Shown piece after piece: positions 1 to 9,116 of a stretch of DNA of 64,000 bases. This DNA is from a virus (taxonomy: Duplodnaviria > Heunggongvirae > Uroviricota > Caudoviricetes), in IMG/VR virus record IMGVR_UViG_3300039208_000529, positions 112,443-176,442 of that record. One strand, given 5' to 3'. How positions within the stretch are numbered: the stretch's first letter is position 1; each line of letters opens with the position of its first letter. Position numbers and translations under genes: made by a program. The notes below the pieces were generated by a model. It searched no databases, was not told the origin of the DNA, and saw nothing but the letters and a program-made list of their open reading frames with translations.

Positions 1-8
1 TTAATGGC

Positions 9-677
9 GTGAAGTGGACGCTAGATTCAAAAGGATCTAGAATTTTAACGAACGCTTCGGTGGAAAGTGTTGCCAGGAATAGTGATGGAACATTGGTTGC
101 AAGTATTCGGAATAGAGGAACAATTCGAGCAAAGAAAATAGTGTATTGTACTAATGCCTACGTGAATACGTTGGTGCCAGAGCTGGCAAATTATATGGGT
201 AGTTTTAGGGGGCAAATGATTGCGACCGATGTGCTACCCGATAATCTTATTGAGATGTTACCTACAACAAGCTTGTCTTGTAATTACGGTTCCGAATATT
301 TTAGATTGCACGGTGGAAGATTGTTAGTTGGTGGTATGAGACATGCTATTAGGGGAAAACAAGAAGGAATTCTTGCAGATGGTGAGATAAGCAAAACCGT
401 CTACAACAGATTACGAGATTTTCTTAGTGATATTTTTCCAGCTTTGAGCAACAGCATCGAGTATACTTGGTCCGGTGTTATGTGTTCTACAAAAGATTCA
501 TTGCCCTTTGTAGGAAAATTACATAATAGACCAAATGAATACGTTATGGCCGGATTTAATGGTTATGGTTTTTCTCATGCTTTTAATGCCTCCTTGATTG
601 TAAAAGATTTGATTGTCAAAGGAAGTTCTGATTTACCTGGGACGAAGCTGTTTGACCCGGCTCGTTATTTATATTGA
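9..677 (+). CDS. FAD-dependent oxidoreductase (DAO family), C-terminal part; 5' end lies outside the window
   Basis: ORF open to the window start. C-terminal DAO-family motifs (GFNGYGFSHAF...). TGA stop at 675-677. Confidence 0.6.
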   Translation: MKWTLDSKGSRILTNASVESVARNSDGTLVASIRNRGTIRAKKIVYCTNAYVNTLVPELANYMGSFRGQMIATDVLPDNLIEMLPTTSLSCNYGSEYFRLHGGRLLVGGMRHAIRGKQEGILADGEISKTVYNRLRDFLSDIFPALSNSIEYTWSGVMCSTKDSLPFVGKLHNRPNEYVMAGFNGYGFSHAFNASLIVKDLIVKGSSDLPGTKLFDPARYLY

Positions 678-688
678 GGAGAAGTGAT

Positions 689-2572
689 ATGTTGATTTTA
701 GATGGACTACAAAAGGAGATTTTTTCTAAGCGTTATGCAATGCCAAACGAAGATGCTTGGGAACAATGTGCCAAAAGAGTCTCTCAACATGTTGCCGCCG
801 TAGAGATAAATGGTTTAGCAGAACAATGGAGTGAAAAATATTACACCAGCATTAGTGCTGGTGATTTTATGCCTGGTGGACGCATTTTATTTGGAGCTGG
901 CCGTCGTCAGTTTAATATGCTAAATTGTTATAGACTTCATCCTGATGACACCGTTGAATCTATTGGTAAAACAATTCGTGACACATATCTTGTGTCTTGT
1001 GGTGGAGGGGGTATTGGATATAATTTTTCCGACATTCGGCCTAAAGGGGATGATATTCAGAACATTCGTTGGTCAGCTCCTGGTGCAGTATCTGTTATGA
1101 AAATGATCAATGAGATTGGAGAGCACGTCAGAAGTGGAAAAAATAGAAGAACTGCGTTGATAGCTATATTAAATGTTACTCATCCAGACTTGATGGAGTT
1201 TCTTCATGTGAAACTTGACTTAGCGGAGCTTAATAACTTTAATATTTCCATTGGTATTACCAGTGAATTTATTAATGCAGTAAAAAAGAACAAGCCATGG
1301 ACGTTCCATTTTAATGGCAGAGAGTACAAAATGTATGAGATGGAACGAAACTCTGACGGACGTTCTGATAAGGTTAGAATTCCAGCTCTGAACGCCGATG
1401 ATGCAATTGGTCGAGCAATGCAACATAACCGCTTGACGCAGAATGATAAATTTGAAAACGTTCGCGAATATAATTTAATGGCCCGTGATATTTGGGACCT
1501 TCTTATTATAAATAGCTGGAAGAGTGGTGATCCCGGCATCTATAATCTAGACTTGGCAAATGAATATACTAACGTTTCCTATTTCGAGGATCTAGACTCT
1601 CCAAACCCATGTGGTGAAATTCCACTTCCAGCATATGGAAACTGTTGCTTAGGACACGTTAATTTGTCTAATATGTATAATGAGAAAACCAACGATGTCA
1701 ATTGGAAAAAGCTGGCTCGTACCATTCGTGTTGGTATTCGATTTTTAGATGATGTTCTTACGTGCAACCACTATCCCATTCCAGAATGCAAAACTATTGG
1801 TGAAAAAAGTAGACGAATAGGTTTGGGAGTAACCGGCTTACACTATCTTCTCTTAAAGATGGGCTACGTTTATGGTGATGAAAGCTGTTTAGAGTTTCTT
1901 GATCGTTTGTTTGCGACATTCCGCAACGAGGCATACAAAGCGTCGGTTGAAATTGCTAAAGAAAAAGGTGCTTTCCCTGCTTTTGATGCTGAGAAGTATT
2001 CCCAAGAAGGATTTTTTGCACAACTGCCTCCACGTCTTCAAAACTCTATTAAAAAACATGGAATTCGCAATGCTGTCATGTTAACTATTGCTCCATGTGG
2101 TACTAATAGCATGGTTTTAGGAGTATCTTCTGGAGTAGAGCCGATTTTTTCTCCAGTATATAAGAGAAGATTCCGTGACGGAAACATTTGGCGTGAAGAA
2201 TTTGTTGCTGACGCTTTGTTTACAGAGTTTTATAAGAGCGACAAGGATTTGTCACATTTCCGTGGTGCCTATGATATTCCCGTCAAGGATCATCTTGCTG
2301 TTCAAGCAACTATTCAAAAATATATTGACTCTGCAATTTCTAAAACAACAAACCTCCCCGAAAACTACAAGGTAGAAGAACTGGGGGAAGTTATTCTGGA
2401 ATATGCATCTTATGTTAAAGGCTTCACCATTTACAGAGAGGGCAGCAAAGGAAAAGAGCCATTGCAGCCAGTTATTATTGATAGTGACGGTCAGCTAAAA
2501 GACGCGATGAGTAAGGCTGGAGTTAGCACGGATGCAATTGAAGCTTGTCGCGGCGGAACTTGTGAATTGTAG
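689..2572 (+). CDS. nrdJ: ribonucleotide reductase, class II (adenosylcobalamin-dependent)
   Basis: NPCGEI active-site motif, SCGGGGIGYNFS motif, C-terminal CRGGTCEL redox tail. ATG 689 with GAGGAG RBS 7 nt upstream; the track start at 674 is an in-frame TTG. Confidence 0.9.
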   Translation: MLILDGLQKEIFSKRYAMPNEDAWEQCAKRVSQHVAAVEINGLAEQWSEKYYTSISAGDFMPGGRILFGAGRRQFNMLNCYRLHPDDTVESIGKTIRDTYLVSCGGGGIGYNFSDIRPKGDDIQNIRWSAPGAVSVMKMINEIGEHVRSGKNRRTALIAILNVTHPDLMEFLHVKLDLAELNNFNISIGITSEFINAVKKNKPWTFHFNGREYKMYEMERNSDGRSDKVRIPALNADDAIGRAMQHNRLTQNDKFENVREYNLMARDIWDLLIINSWKSGDPGIYNLDLANEYTNVSYFEDLDSPNPCGEIPLPAYGNCCLGHVNLSNMYNEKTNDVNWKKLARTIRVGIRFLDDVLTCNHYPIPECKTIGEKSRRIGLGVTGLHYLLLKMGYVYGDESCLEFLDRLFATFRNEAYKASVEIAKEKGAFPAFDAEKYSQEGFFAQLPPRLQNSIKKHGIRNAVMLTIAPCGTNSMVLGVSSGVEPIFSPVYKRRFRDGNIWREEFVADALFTEFYKSDKDLSHFRGAYDIPVKDHLAVQATIQKYIDSAISKTTNLPENYKVEELGEVILEYASYVKGFTIYREGSKGKEPLQPVIIDSDGQLKDAMSKAGVSTDAIEACRGGTCEL

Positions 2573-2613
2573 TTGACGGACAGAGCTACGCTGTCATTAT
2601 GTTATAAAAGCGT

Positions 2614-2660
2614 GGCCACAGATTAGTGGAACACCCACGATAAACTAGTTATCTGTGGTC
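2614..2660 (+). other. stem-loop of about 10 bp (GGCCACAGAT/ATCTGTGGTC) with a 27-nt loop, downstream of nrdJ
   Basis: Inverted repeat read directly. No T-run follows, so it is not a classical terminator. Confidence 0.35.
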
Positions 2661-2773
2661 TGAGCGGGGGAATCAGTATACATGCGTGACCCGTCAATAG
2701 GATATAAGACCCTTGTGGTACCTAGTGAGGTAATACTGAACGCTTTCTCTTTCCTATTTAAAGGAGCATTTAA

Positions 2774-3076
2774 ATGACTGTTGAACCAATACACGATTAC
2801 AACTTCGAGTTTGCTAAAGATGAAAACGGAAACGATATCAAGTACCGTTTTATGTTGACGACCAAAAAACCTCTTAATGAGATCAAAGACGGAATAGAGA
2901 TGAATCTTGTGCAGGTTGGAGGAATTGATTTTATCCAACCTGGTGGGCGTTATACGCTTGAAATAGTTGTGGCTCGCACGTTCGATCCTGAGCAAGTAAT
3001 TGATGCTATCAAAAAAGTTTTGGACGAAATTCAGAGCGATATTATTACTCCCAACAAAACAATTATAACTGCTTAA
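2774..3076 (+). CDS. hypothetical protein
   Basis: ATG with AAGGAG RBS at 2761-2766. 100 aa. Confidence 0.6.
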   Translation: MTVEPIHDYNFEFAKDENGNDIKYRFMLTTKKPLNEIKDGIEMNLVQVGGIDFIQPGGRYTLEIVVARTFDPEQVIDAIKKVLDEIQSDIITPNKTIITA

Positions 3077-3091
3077 TTGAGGATTGCACTA

Positions 3092-3901
3092 ATGAGCAGA
3101 GTCCAGAAGAGCGACGTTCTACCTCCCAACGCGATCCAGCTTTTTAACAACCAAGGTTTTGTTGCCCTTATTGACCATATGGGTGACGATAGAACAGTGG
3201 TTAATGCAGCAAGAGTTTCTTTTGGTAAGCGTATTGAAACCTTTGATCCAGAAAAAGACAGCAAACTGCTAGATTATCTGGCAGAACATAAACATATGTC
3301 GCCATTTAGGCATCCTCAGATATCTTTTCATTTAAAGGCACCCGAAGCTGTTATGAGACAGGCTTATAAACATGTTGTAGGTATTGGATGGACGCCAAAT
3401 GAATGTCCAATAAAAGATCATGCTTGGAATGAAATTAGTGGGCGATATGTCATGTACGAAGATGTATACGAGCCCGCAATGTTTCGTCCCCAAAGCGAGG
3501 ATAATAAGCAAGCCAGCGAAGATGGTGACTTGAGTCAGGTTGAAGCTCCTGCAATTATCGGCGACAGTGAGTTTGTTGAAAAATACGGCAAACTTTTAAT
3601 GTATAATGTTGACGGCCTTAATGTAAGAACTTTATATCAGTTAAGTGTTGATTTTTCCAAGAAGGCTTATCAAGCTCTTGTTGATGCTGGTGTAGCCAAA
3701 GAACAAGCCCGCCTCGTTATGCCCTTTTCCACATTTACAGAAGTTATTTGGACGTGTAGCTTAGAAGCCGTAGTCCATTTTGTTAAACTTAGAACACATG
3801 CTGGAGCCCAGTGGGAGACTAGAGAATTTGCTGAAGCTATACAAAAACTAACTGAGCAGCATTATCCTTATTCTCTAGAGGCTTTGCTGAAGCACTTATA
3901 A
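3092..3901 (+). CDS. thyX: flavin-dependent thymidylate synthase
   Basis: N-terminal LIDHMGDDRTVVNAARVSFGK and RHPQIS motifs typical of ThyX. GAGGA RBS 8 nt upstream of ATG 3092. Confidence 0.85.
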   Translation: MSRVQKSDVLPPNAIQLFNNQGFVALIDHMGDDRTVVNAARVSFGKRIETFDPEKDSKLLDYLAEHKHMSPFRHPQISFHLKAPEAVMRQAYKHVVGIGWTPNECPIKDHAWNEISGRYVMYEDVYEPAMFRPQSEDNKQASEDGDLSQVEAPAIIGDSEFVEKYGKLLMYNVDGLNVRTLYQLSVDFSKKAYQALVDAGVAKEQARLVMPFSTFTEVIWTCSLEAVVHFVKLRTHAGAQWETREFAEAIQKLTEQHYPYSLEALLKHL

Positions 3902-3927
3902 AAATAATTAAACTCTTTATTGATATA

Positions 3928-3960
3928 GCGGGTAGCTAGTTAGCTACCCGCTTTAGTGTA
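3928..3960 (+). terminator. rho-independent terminator after thyX
   Basis: 10-bp GC-rich stem GCGGGTAGCT/AGCTACCCGC followed by TTTAGTGTATT. Confidence 0.6.
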
Positions 3961-4014
3961 TTCATAAGATGCCTTTGTTTTCGTTTGGTGCTTATAAGAT
4001 AAGGAGTTAAGTAA

Positions 4015-4461
4015 ATGGCACGAGAAGTTTTTGCGACTATTGGTTCTGGCACGTTACCTTTTACAAGAGGTATTTTACCTGCTGCTCAGCGAGGAGCTGA
4101 GCCCACTGGAGAAGGGGCTCGCGGCGGAACACAGGTAATGATTGGAAACCCTGAAGATCTTAATTCTGTTGATGTATGGGCTGTTTCTGGTGTTGCTGTT
4201 CCTGACAGCGAAGCTGTGCAGATTATGGGCCCAACATTAAATCCATTGCCAAGAATGAGAACAATTATTCTTCAAAATGTTGGAGCAAATGATGTTGCGA
4301 TTGCTCCAGATAATAACGCTAATCCAGCTGCTACAAATGGCGGGTTTATTCTTGAAACTGGTGCCGCTGCACAAACAATTACGCTTCCATTTTTGCATAA
4401 TGTAGAAATATGGGCCAGAGCCGATTCTGGTGGAGGCACCATTAATATGATCATGTACTAA
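4015..4461 (+). CDS. hypothetical structural protein, paralogue of 4492..4926
   Basis: AAGGAG RBS. Shares the motif GSGxxP...EGA...NPEDL with the next gene. Confidence 0.6.
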   Translation: MAREVFATIGSGTLPFTRGILPAAQRGAEPTGEGARGGTQVMIGNPEDLNSVDVWAVSGVAVPDSEAVQIMGPTLNPLPRMRTIILQNVGANDVAIAPDNNANPAATNGGFILETGAAAQTITLPFLHNVEIWARADSGGGTINMIMY

Positions 4462-4491
4462 GGGATTCCCCTTTGATAAAGGAGGGCCTTA

Positions 4492-4926
4492 GTGTCTAGA
4501 GAATATACAACTGTAGTAGGAAGCGGTCAGATACCGCATTTACAAGGATATCCTACACATCAATTTACTCCAGGAACCTTTCCTGTTCCATGTAAGTCTG
4601 ATCCAAGGACTCGAACTGGAGAAGGTGCTGTTGTATTAAATCCTGAAGATTTTTCTATTAATATTAGTTTAAGATCTCAGGCAATTACGGTAACTACATC
4701 AGCAACACCGTTACCAGCTAATCCGCTGGAAAATAGACGTGCTCTTGTTGTTCACAACAACAGTAATAGTACGGTTTATCTTGGACAGGCTGGAGTTACC
4801 ATTTCGAATGGACTTCCATTACTAGCAAGTGAAAAGATTGCATTTGATATCCAAGGAAATCCAAACGTTGTGGTTTATGCCGTAGGTTCGTCTTCTGTTG
4901 AAGTTAGAATAATGGAGCTTGCATAG
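4492..4926 (+). CDS. hypothetical structural protein, paralogue of 4015..4461
   Basis: GTG start with AAAGGAGGG RBS. Paralogous to the upstream gene. Confidence 0.6.
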   Translation: MSREYTTVVGSGQIPHLQGYPTHQFTPGTFPVPCKSDPRTRTGEGAVVLNPEDFSINISLRSQAITVTTSATPLPANPLENRRALVVHNNSNSTVYLGQAGVTISNGLPLLASEKIAFDIQGNPNVVVYAVGSSSVEVRIMELA

Positions 4927-5468
4927 TGGGTCTTGGTGCTGGAAATATAGTCTCTATTGGCGGAGGAACTGGTGGTACTGGTGGAAGCACAAGCGGTATT
5001 CTTGTTATTGATCCGGGTGGAAACACTGGTACGACCGTAGTTTTTGATGGGGTAAATGGGATCTCTGTAACTTCCCCTTCAACTAATTTGATATTAATTG
5101 ACGGAGCAGGAGCGTCAGGAGTTGGCGGATCTGATGGATCTGGAATCAATGATATCAATGGAGCTTTGGGTCCAAGTATAACTCTTGATGGAGCAAATGG
5201 TGCCAATGTTTTAACTAATGGCAATACCCTTACTGTTGACGTAAGTGCTTTGAGTGGACTAGTACCTACAAAATTTGCCGCATCTTTCGTTGATATTTCT
5301 AGCGGATTGTTTACTCATAACTTGGGAACAGAAGATGTAATTGTTCAAGTTAGGGACGATAGAGTTCCGCCTAGAGTTATTCAACCTGATGATATTATTA
5401 TTGAAAACACTAATCAAGTTAGTATTTTATTTAACCGTTCTCAAACTGGTAGAGCTGTAATTATTTAG
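4926..5468 (+). CDS. Gly-rich tail-fibre-like protein
   Basis: GTG start overlapping the upstream stop. GGxGG repeats. C-terminal 50-aa module shared with 5501..6163. Shares a DGVNGIxVTxPSxNxILIDG repeat with 6351..8762. Confidence 0.6.
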   Translation: MGLGAGNIVSIGGGTGGTGGSTSGILVIDPGGNTGTTVVFDGVNGISVTSPSTNLILIDGAGASGVGGSDGSGINDINGALGPSITLDGANGANVLTNGNTLTVDVSALSGLVPTKFAASFVDISSGLFTHNLGTEDVIVQVRDDRVPPRVIQPDDIIIENTNQVSILFNRSQTGRAVII

Positions 5469-5500
5469 TGTAATTTTATTATGATAAGGGGGTATCAATA

Positions 5501-6163
5501 ATGGTTAGGATCAATGGTGATTTAATCCCGACAAGTAGTGGATTGTCGCATTTAGGTGTCGATGGTGGGGCTGTAGCTAATGCCTTTGATATTGATAGCA
5601 TCTCGCCGTTTGGTCATGTGCATCTAAATAGTGGTGTATTTCATCATGCTCTTGGCCATCAATCTGGTATTATAAGATATAATGAGCCATTAGCATGTTT
5701 TGAAGTTTCAGTTGACGGCGGAGCTTCGTTTGATTGTGTCACTACTACTGCTACAGCTGGAGGAGTGACTTCGGTTGGAGTTATCGGTGGGGCTAATTTA
5801 ACTGGTGCTGTTGATTTTACTAGCACTAGTGGTTTTGTTGTAATTGGAGACACGGCAGGTGCTTCTCCAGTTACTTGGGATGTTGATGTTGCTGCTCTTT
5901 CTGGTTTATGGAATTTTCCGACTGGTGGGTTCGATAGAATTCCAACATGTTTTAACCAGTCCTTTAGTAATTCAACTTCAGTGACTGTTACTCATAATTT
6001 AAATACTTTAAATGTTATAGTTCAGGTTTATGACAACAGTAGCGATCCAGCGATTCAAATTACACCAGACAAGGTTGTAGCAACAGATGTTAACACAACA
6101 ACGATTAGTTTCAATGTATCTCAAACGGGATATGTAGTTGTTATGGCATGTGAGGACAGCTAA
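5501..6163 (+). CDS. tail-fibre-like protein
   Basis: AAGGGGG RBS. N-terminal domain paralogous to the N-terminus of 6351..8762. Confidence 0.65.
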   Translation: MVRINGDLIPTSSGLSHLGVDGGAVANAFDIDSISPFGHVHLNSGVFHHALGHQSGIIRYNEPLACFEVSVDGGASFDCVTTTATAGGVTSVGVIGGANLTGAVDFTSTSGFVVIGDTAGASPVTWDVDVAALSGLWNFPTGGFDRIPTCFNQSFSNSTSVTVTHNLNTLNVIVQVYDNSSDPAIQITPDKVVATDVNTTTISFNVSQTGYVVVMACEDS

Positions 6164-6182
6164 ATTGAGAAATATATATATA

Positions 6183-6347
6183 GTGCTAGCAGATGGCAAT
6201 ATTCGCAATGTATTCTTATCAAGAACATCTGCTGTTGAGTTTATTGGAAATGAGTGGCCCACAGCCGAACAATTGGATGATAATACATGGCATGATAATG
6301 CAACTGGTGTAATCATCGTTATAGAAGAATGGGAATTACTTAGATAA
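6183..6347 (+). CDS. small hypothetical protein between the fibre genes (possible chaperone)
   Basis: In-frame GTG or TTG start after the stop of the upstream gene. No clear RBS. Confidence 0.3.
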   Translation: MLADGNIRNVFLSRTSAVEFIGNEWPTAEQLDDNTWHDNATGVIIVIEEWELLR

Positions 6348-6350
6348 ATT

Positions 6351-8762
6351 ATGGCTAGACGAGTCGGAGATTTATGGCCGTTTGCTAGCGGCACATCGAG
6401 CTTAGGTGTGGACCAACTAGATGGTCCACAGGCGGGATTTACAAATGAAATTCGGCCGTTTAACCATGCTCACATGAATAGTGGCGTATGGCACGATCCT
6501 CAAAGCGGTATTTCTGGAGTCTTTAGATTTAGACAAGCAGAAATTGCTGACGCTGGATTTCAATTGCCACGAGGAAGATATCCTGCTTTTGAAATTTCAT
6601 TCGATGGAGGAAAAACGTTTCCTCTTGAATTTGCTGGCACAATGGAAAACTCTGATCCTGGGTCTCTTTATCCAAATGGTGTGGCATTTATTCAGTCTGG
6701 AAATGATTCTACTCTTGGAGTAAGAGGCAGCGGTCTTATATTCATTTCCGAAGGATCTACGAGATATTTTGCACTCAATGCAGAAACCGGTGGTGTTGGG
6801 TCTATTCAATACTTTGCTGATTCAACCATTACATTTTCTGCTGGTGCCGCAATGCAATTCACTGGTGCAGATGATATCACTATACAAACCAATGGTGTAG
6901 ATGGTGATATTACATTGCTTTCGTCTCCTGGTACTCCAGGTCAAGAGCTTGGTGGACAAATTGCTTTACAGGCATTTGCTGGCAGTGGACAGCTAGAATA
7001 CCGACTTGGTGGTATAGGTGGTCATGAAGCCTGGCATTGGAAGCCAAGTTATGAAAGTGGCGGCGGACCCAACGCGGATGGATTCCATCCTATTCCTAGC
7101 TCTGGTCAGATTTTACGAATGATCAATGATGAAATTGCATCAATTGATGTCGGCATCACAGAATTAACAGATATTAATGCATCTATAGCAGACGATTCCA
7201 GCATTGAATTACAAGGAAATGGTACCGTTGAAGTAGTTGTACAAGATGCAGCAACAGTTAGTTTTGATGCATCTTTTGCTGGAGTTAATGGAATTGAAAT
7301 TACTAATCCCGCTGTTGGATTTTCAGTTTTTAATGGCATTGCATTATCTGGTCTTTTCAGCATAAATAACGAAACGGGCCCCGATATTACAATCGCTGGC
7401 GTCAACGGTATTGATGTTACTGTACCAAGCTCAAATACGATCCTTATCGATGGTATCGCTGCATCAGGTAAGACCGATGCTATCCAAGTAACCTATGACT
7501 CTGGAACTCCTCAAGATATTAATGCTGCGGCAACCGATAATCTAGTTCTATGGAATGTTAATGATTTAATTGAAGGCGACGGTTTAAGTCATTCTACTTC
7601 TACTAATACATCAAGAATTACAGCTAATACTAGTGGAGTATTTGTTGCACATGCTACGCTTGCGTGGAACACGGCAGGTGTTCGTTATAATGGTATAGCT
7701 AGATTTAGGCTTAACGGAACTACAAACATCAATGGAAGAAGTAAATGTGGTTATACTAGAAATACTGGTGGACACAATGAAGCTTCGTTACACTTAGAAG
7801 CACTTGTTCGTATGGTTTCTGGAGATTATCTTGAAGTTCTTGTTGATAGAGAGTCTCTTACCTCAAGTGCCGTAAATTTAAGTAATAATCAATCGTTATT
7901 TGCAGTATACAGACTTGAGGGTGTTGGTGGAGGAGCCAATGATACCCTGCAAAGTGCATATGAAAATGGTACTGATATTTACCTGACTAGAGCTGCCGGT
8001 AGAGACGATTTAGATATTATTTCGGTTGATGGTGCTACAAGATTTTCCACAAATGGTACGCACTCTGAAGTAGGATTATCCGGACTACTTAGTGCTCCCG
8101 GTCTTGCTAATTCTGAAGTTGGAGATATGAATTTCTTTGTTCATAGTCTTGAGCCTAGATCTGGAGGATCTTTCCCTGGAACTTTAGCAGAATCTCAAGC
8201 TAGAGCTTTAGGACCGGGATCTCTTGCCTTTGACACCGGTTCCGGTGTTGCGAACGTAAGAATCGGCTCAGGTATTAGTCAGTTCTTTAATACTAGCAAC
8301 CAGACACTATCAACAAGTCCAACAGCAATTACGTTTACAAATGCCGGAAATACTGTTCCAGACACTCATTTTGTTAGAGCTGCTGGTAACAGCGGAGTAA
8401 AGGTCATGCTTCCTGGAACGTACAGAGTACAATACACTGCAAGCTTTCAAAAGACAGCAGGTAGCACGCCCCAAACTGTTGGGTGCGAATTAACTTTAGC
8501 AAGAGATGATGGTCCAGGACCGCTCGGCCTTATTCCTGGCGGAGTGTCATCTGCCTTTTTGTTTGATTCGTCTGATAATGACACAAATACTGCAAACGGT
8601 TTGGCTATGGTTGATTTGTATCCGGGAGATTGTGTTGTACTAGAAGCAACTCTTACTGCATCTCCGGGAGGAAACACTGTAAGAGCACAAAACCGCGAAG
8701 CTAACTTAATTATTGAATACATTGGCCCAAGAAGAATGAAGCAAACACTATTACCGACATGA
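6351..8762 (+). CDS. large tail-fibre or tail-spike protein (803 aa)
   Basis: Mosaic: N-terminal domain shared with 5501..6163, internal repeat shared with 4926..5468. Gly, Ser and Thr rich. Confidence 0.75.
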   Translation: MARRVGDLWPFASGTSSLGVDQLDGPQAGFTNEIRPFNHAHMNSGVWHDPQSGISGVFRFRQAEIADAGFQLPRGRYPAFEISFDGGKTFPLEFAGTMENSDPGSLYPNGVAFIQSGNDSTLGVRGSGLIFISEGSTRYFALNAETGGVGSIQYFADSTITFSAGAAMQFTGADDITIQTNGVDGDITLLSSPGTPGQELGGQIALQAFAGSGQLEYRLGGIGGHEAWHWKPSYESGGGPNADGFHPIPSSGQILRMINDEIASIDVGITELTDINASIADDSSIELQGNGTVEVVVQDAATVSFDASFAGVNGIEITNPAVGFSVFNGIALSGLFSINNETGPDITIAGVNGIDVTVPSSNTILIDGIAASGKTDAIQVTYDSGTPQDINAAATDNLVLWNVNDLIEGDGLSHSTSTNTSRITANTSGVFVAHATLAWNTAGVRYNGIARFRLNGTTNINGRSKCGYTRNTGGHNEASLHLEALVRMVSGDYLEVLVDRESLTSSAVNLSNNQSLFAVYRLEGVGGGANDTLQSAYENGTDIYLTRAAGRDDLDIISVDGATRFSTNGTHSEVGLSGLLSAPGLANSEVGDMNFFVHSLEPRSGGSFPGTLAESQARALGPGSLAFDTGSGVANVRIGSGISQFFNTSNQTLSTSPTAITFTNAGNTVPDTHFVRAAGNSGVKVMLPGTYRVQYTASFQKTAGSTPQTVGCELTLARDDGPGPLGLIPGGVSSAFLFDSSDNDTNTANGLAMVDLYPGDCVVLEATLTASPGGNTVRAQNREANLIIEYIGPRRMKQTLLPT

Positions 8763-9112
8763 TAACTCAGGATCAATCAGATGTCGTTTCTCAGTCTGTA
8801 CCAACAGATATTGTATCTTACTTACTTCAAGAATATGGTCTTATAGGTGCAGTAGCAGGTATCTTTATAACCTTATATTTGAAGCAAGGAAAACGATTAG
8901 CTCAGCTTGAAAAGAAAAATATAGAGGACGCTGATAAGCATTCGAATAAATATGCAAAAGTTGTTGAACAAAATACTTTACAGCATAAAGAAATGATATC
9001 AGAATATGTAGAGCTGGTGCAAAGTAACATTCAGGTTATAAATAAACTGTCGAACTGTATTGACAGTTTGAAGGGTGCCATTGAGCGTATTGAGCGAAAA
9101 CAGGACAATTAA
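8759..9112 (+). CDS. membrane-anchored coiled-coil protein (one TM segment; holin-like or fibre-associated)
   Basis: ATGA overlap with the upstream gene. TM segment GLIGAVAGIFITLYL followed by a coiled coil. Confidence 0.5.
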   Translation: MITQDQSDVVSQSVPTDIVSYLLQEYGLIGAVAGIFITLYLKQGKRLAQLEKKNIEDADKHSNKYAKVVEQNTLQHKEMISEYVELVQSNIQVINKLSNCIDSLKGAIERIERKQDN

Positions 9113-9116
9113 AAAT

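Noticed and set aside
1204-2375. Five short ORFs (1204..1539-, 1220..1426-, 1579..1767-, 1899..2084+, 2175..2375+) inside nrdJ
   Set aside because: They lie entirely within, and out of frame with, a confidently identified 628-aa RNR gene. They are antisense or alternate-frame artefacts.
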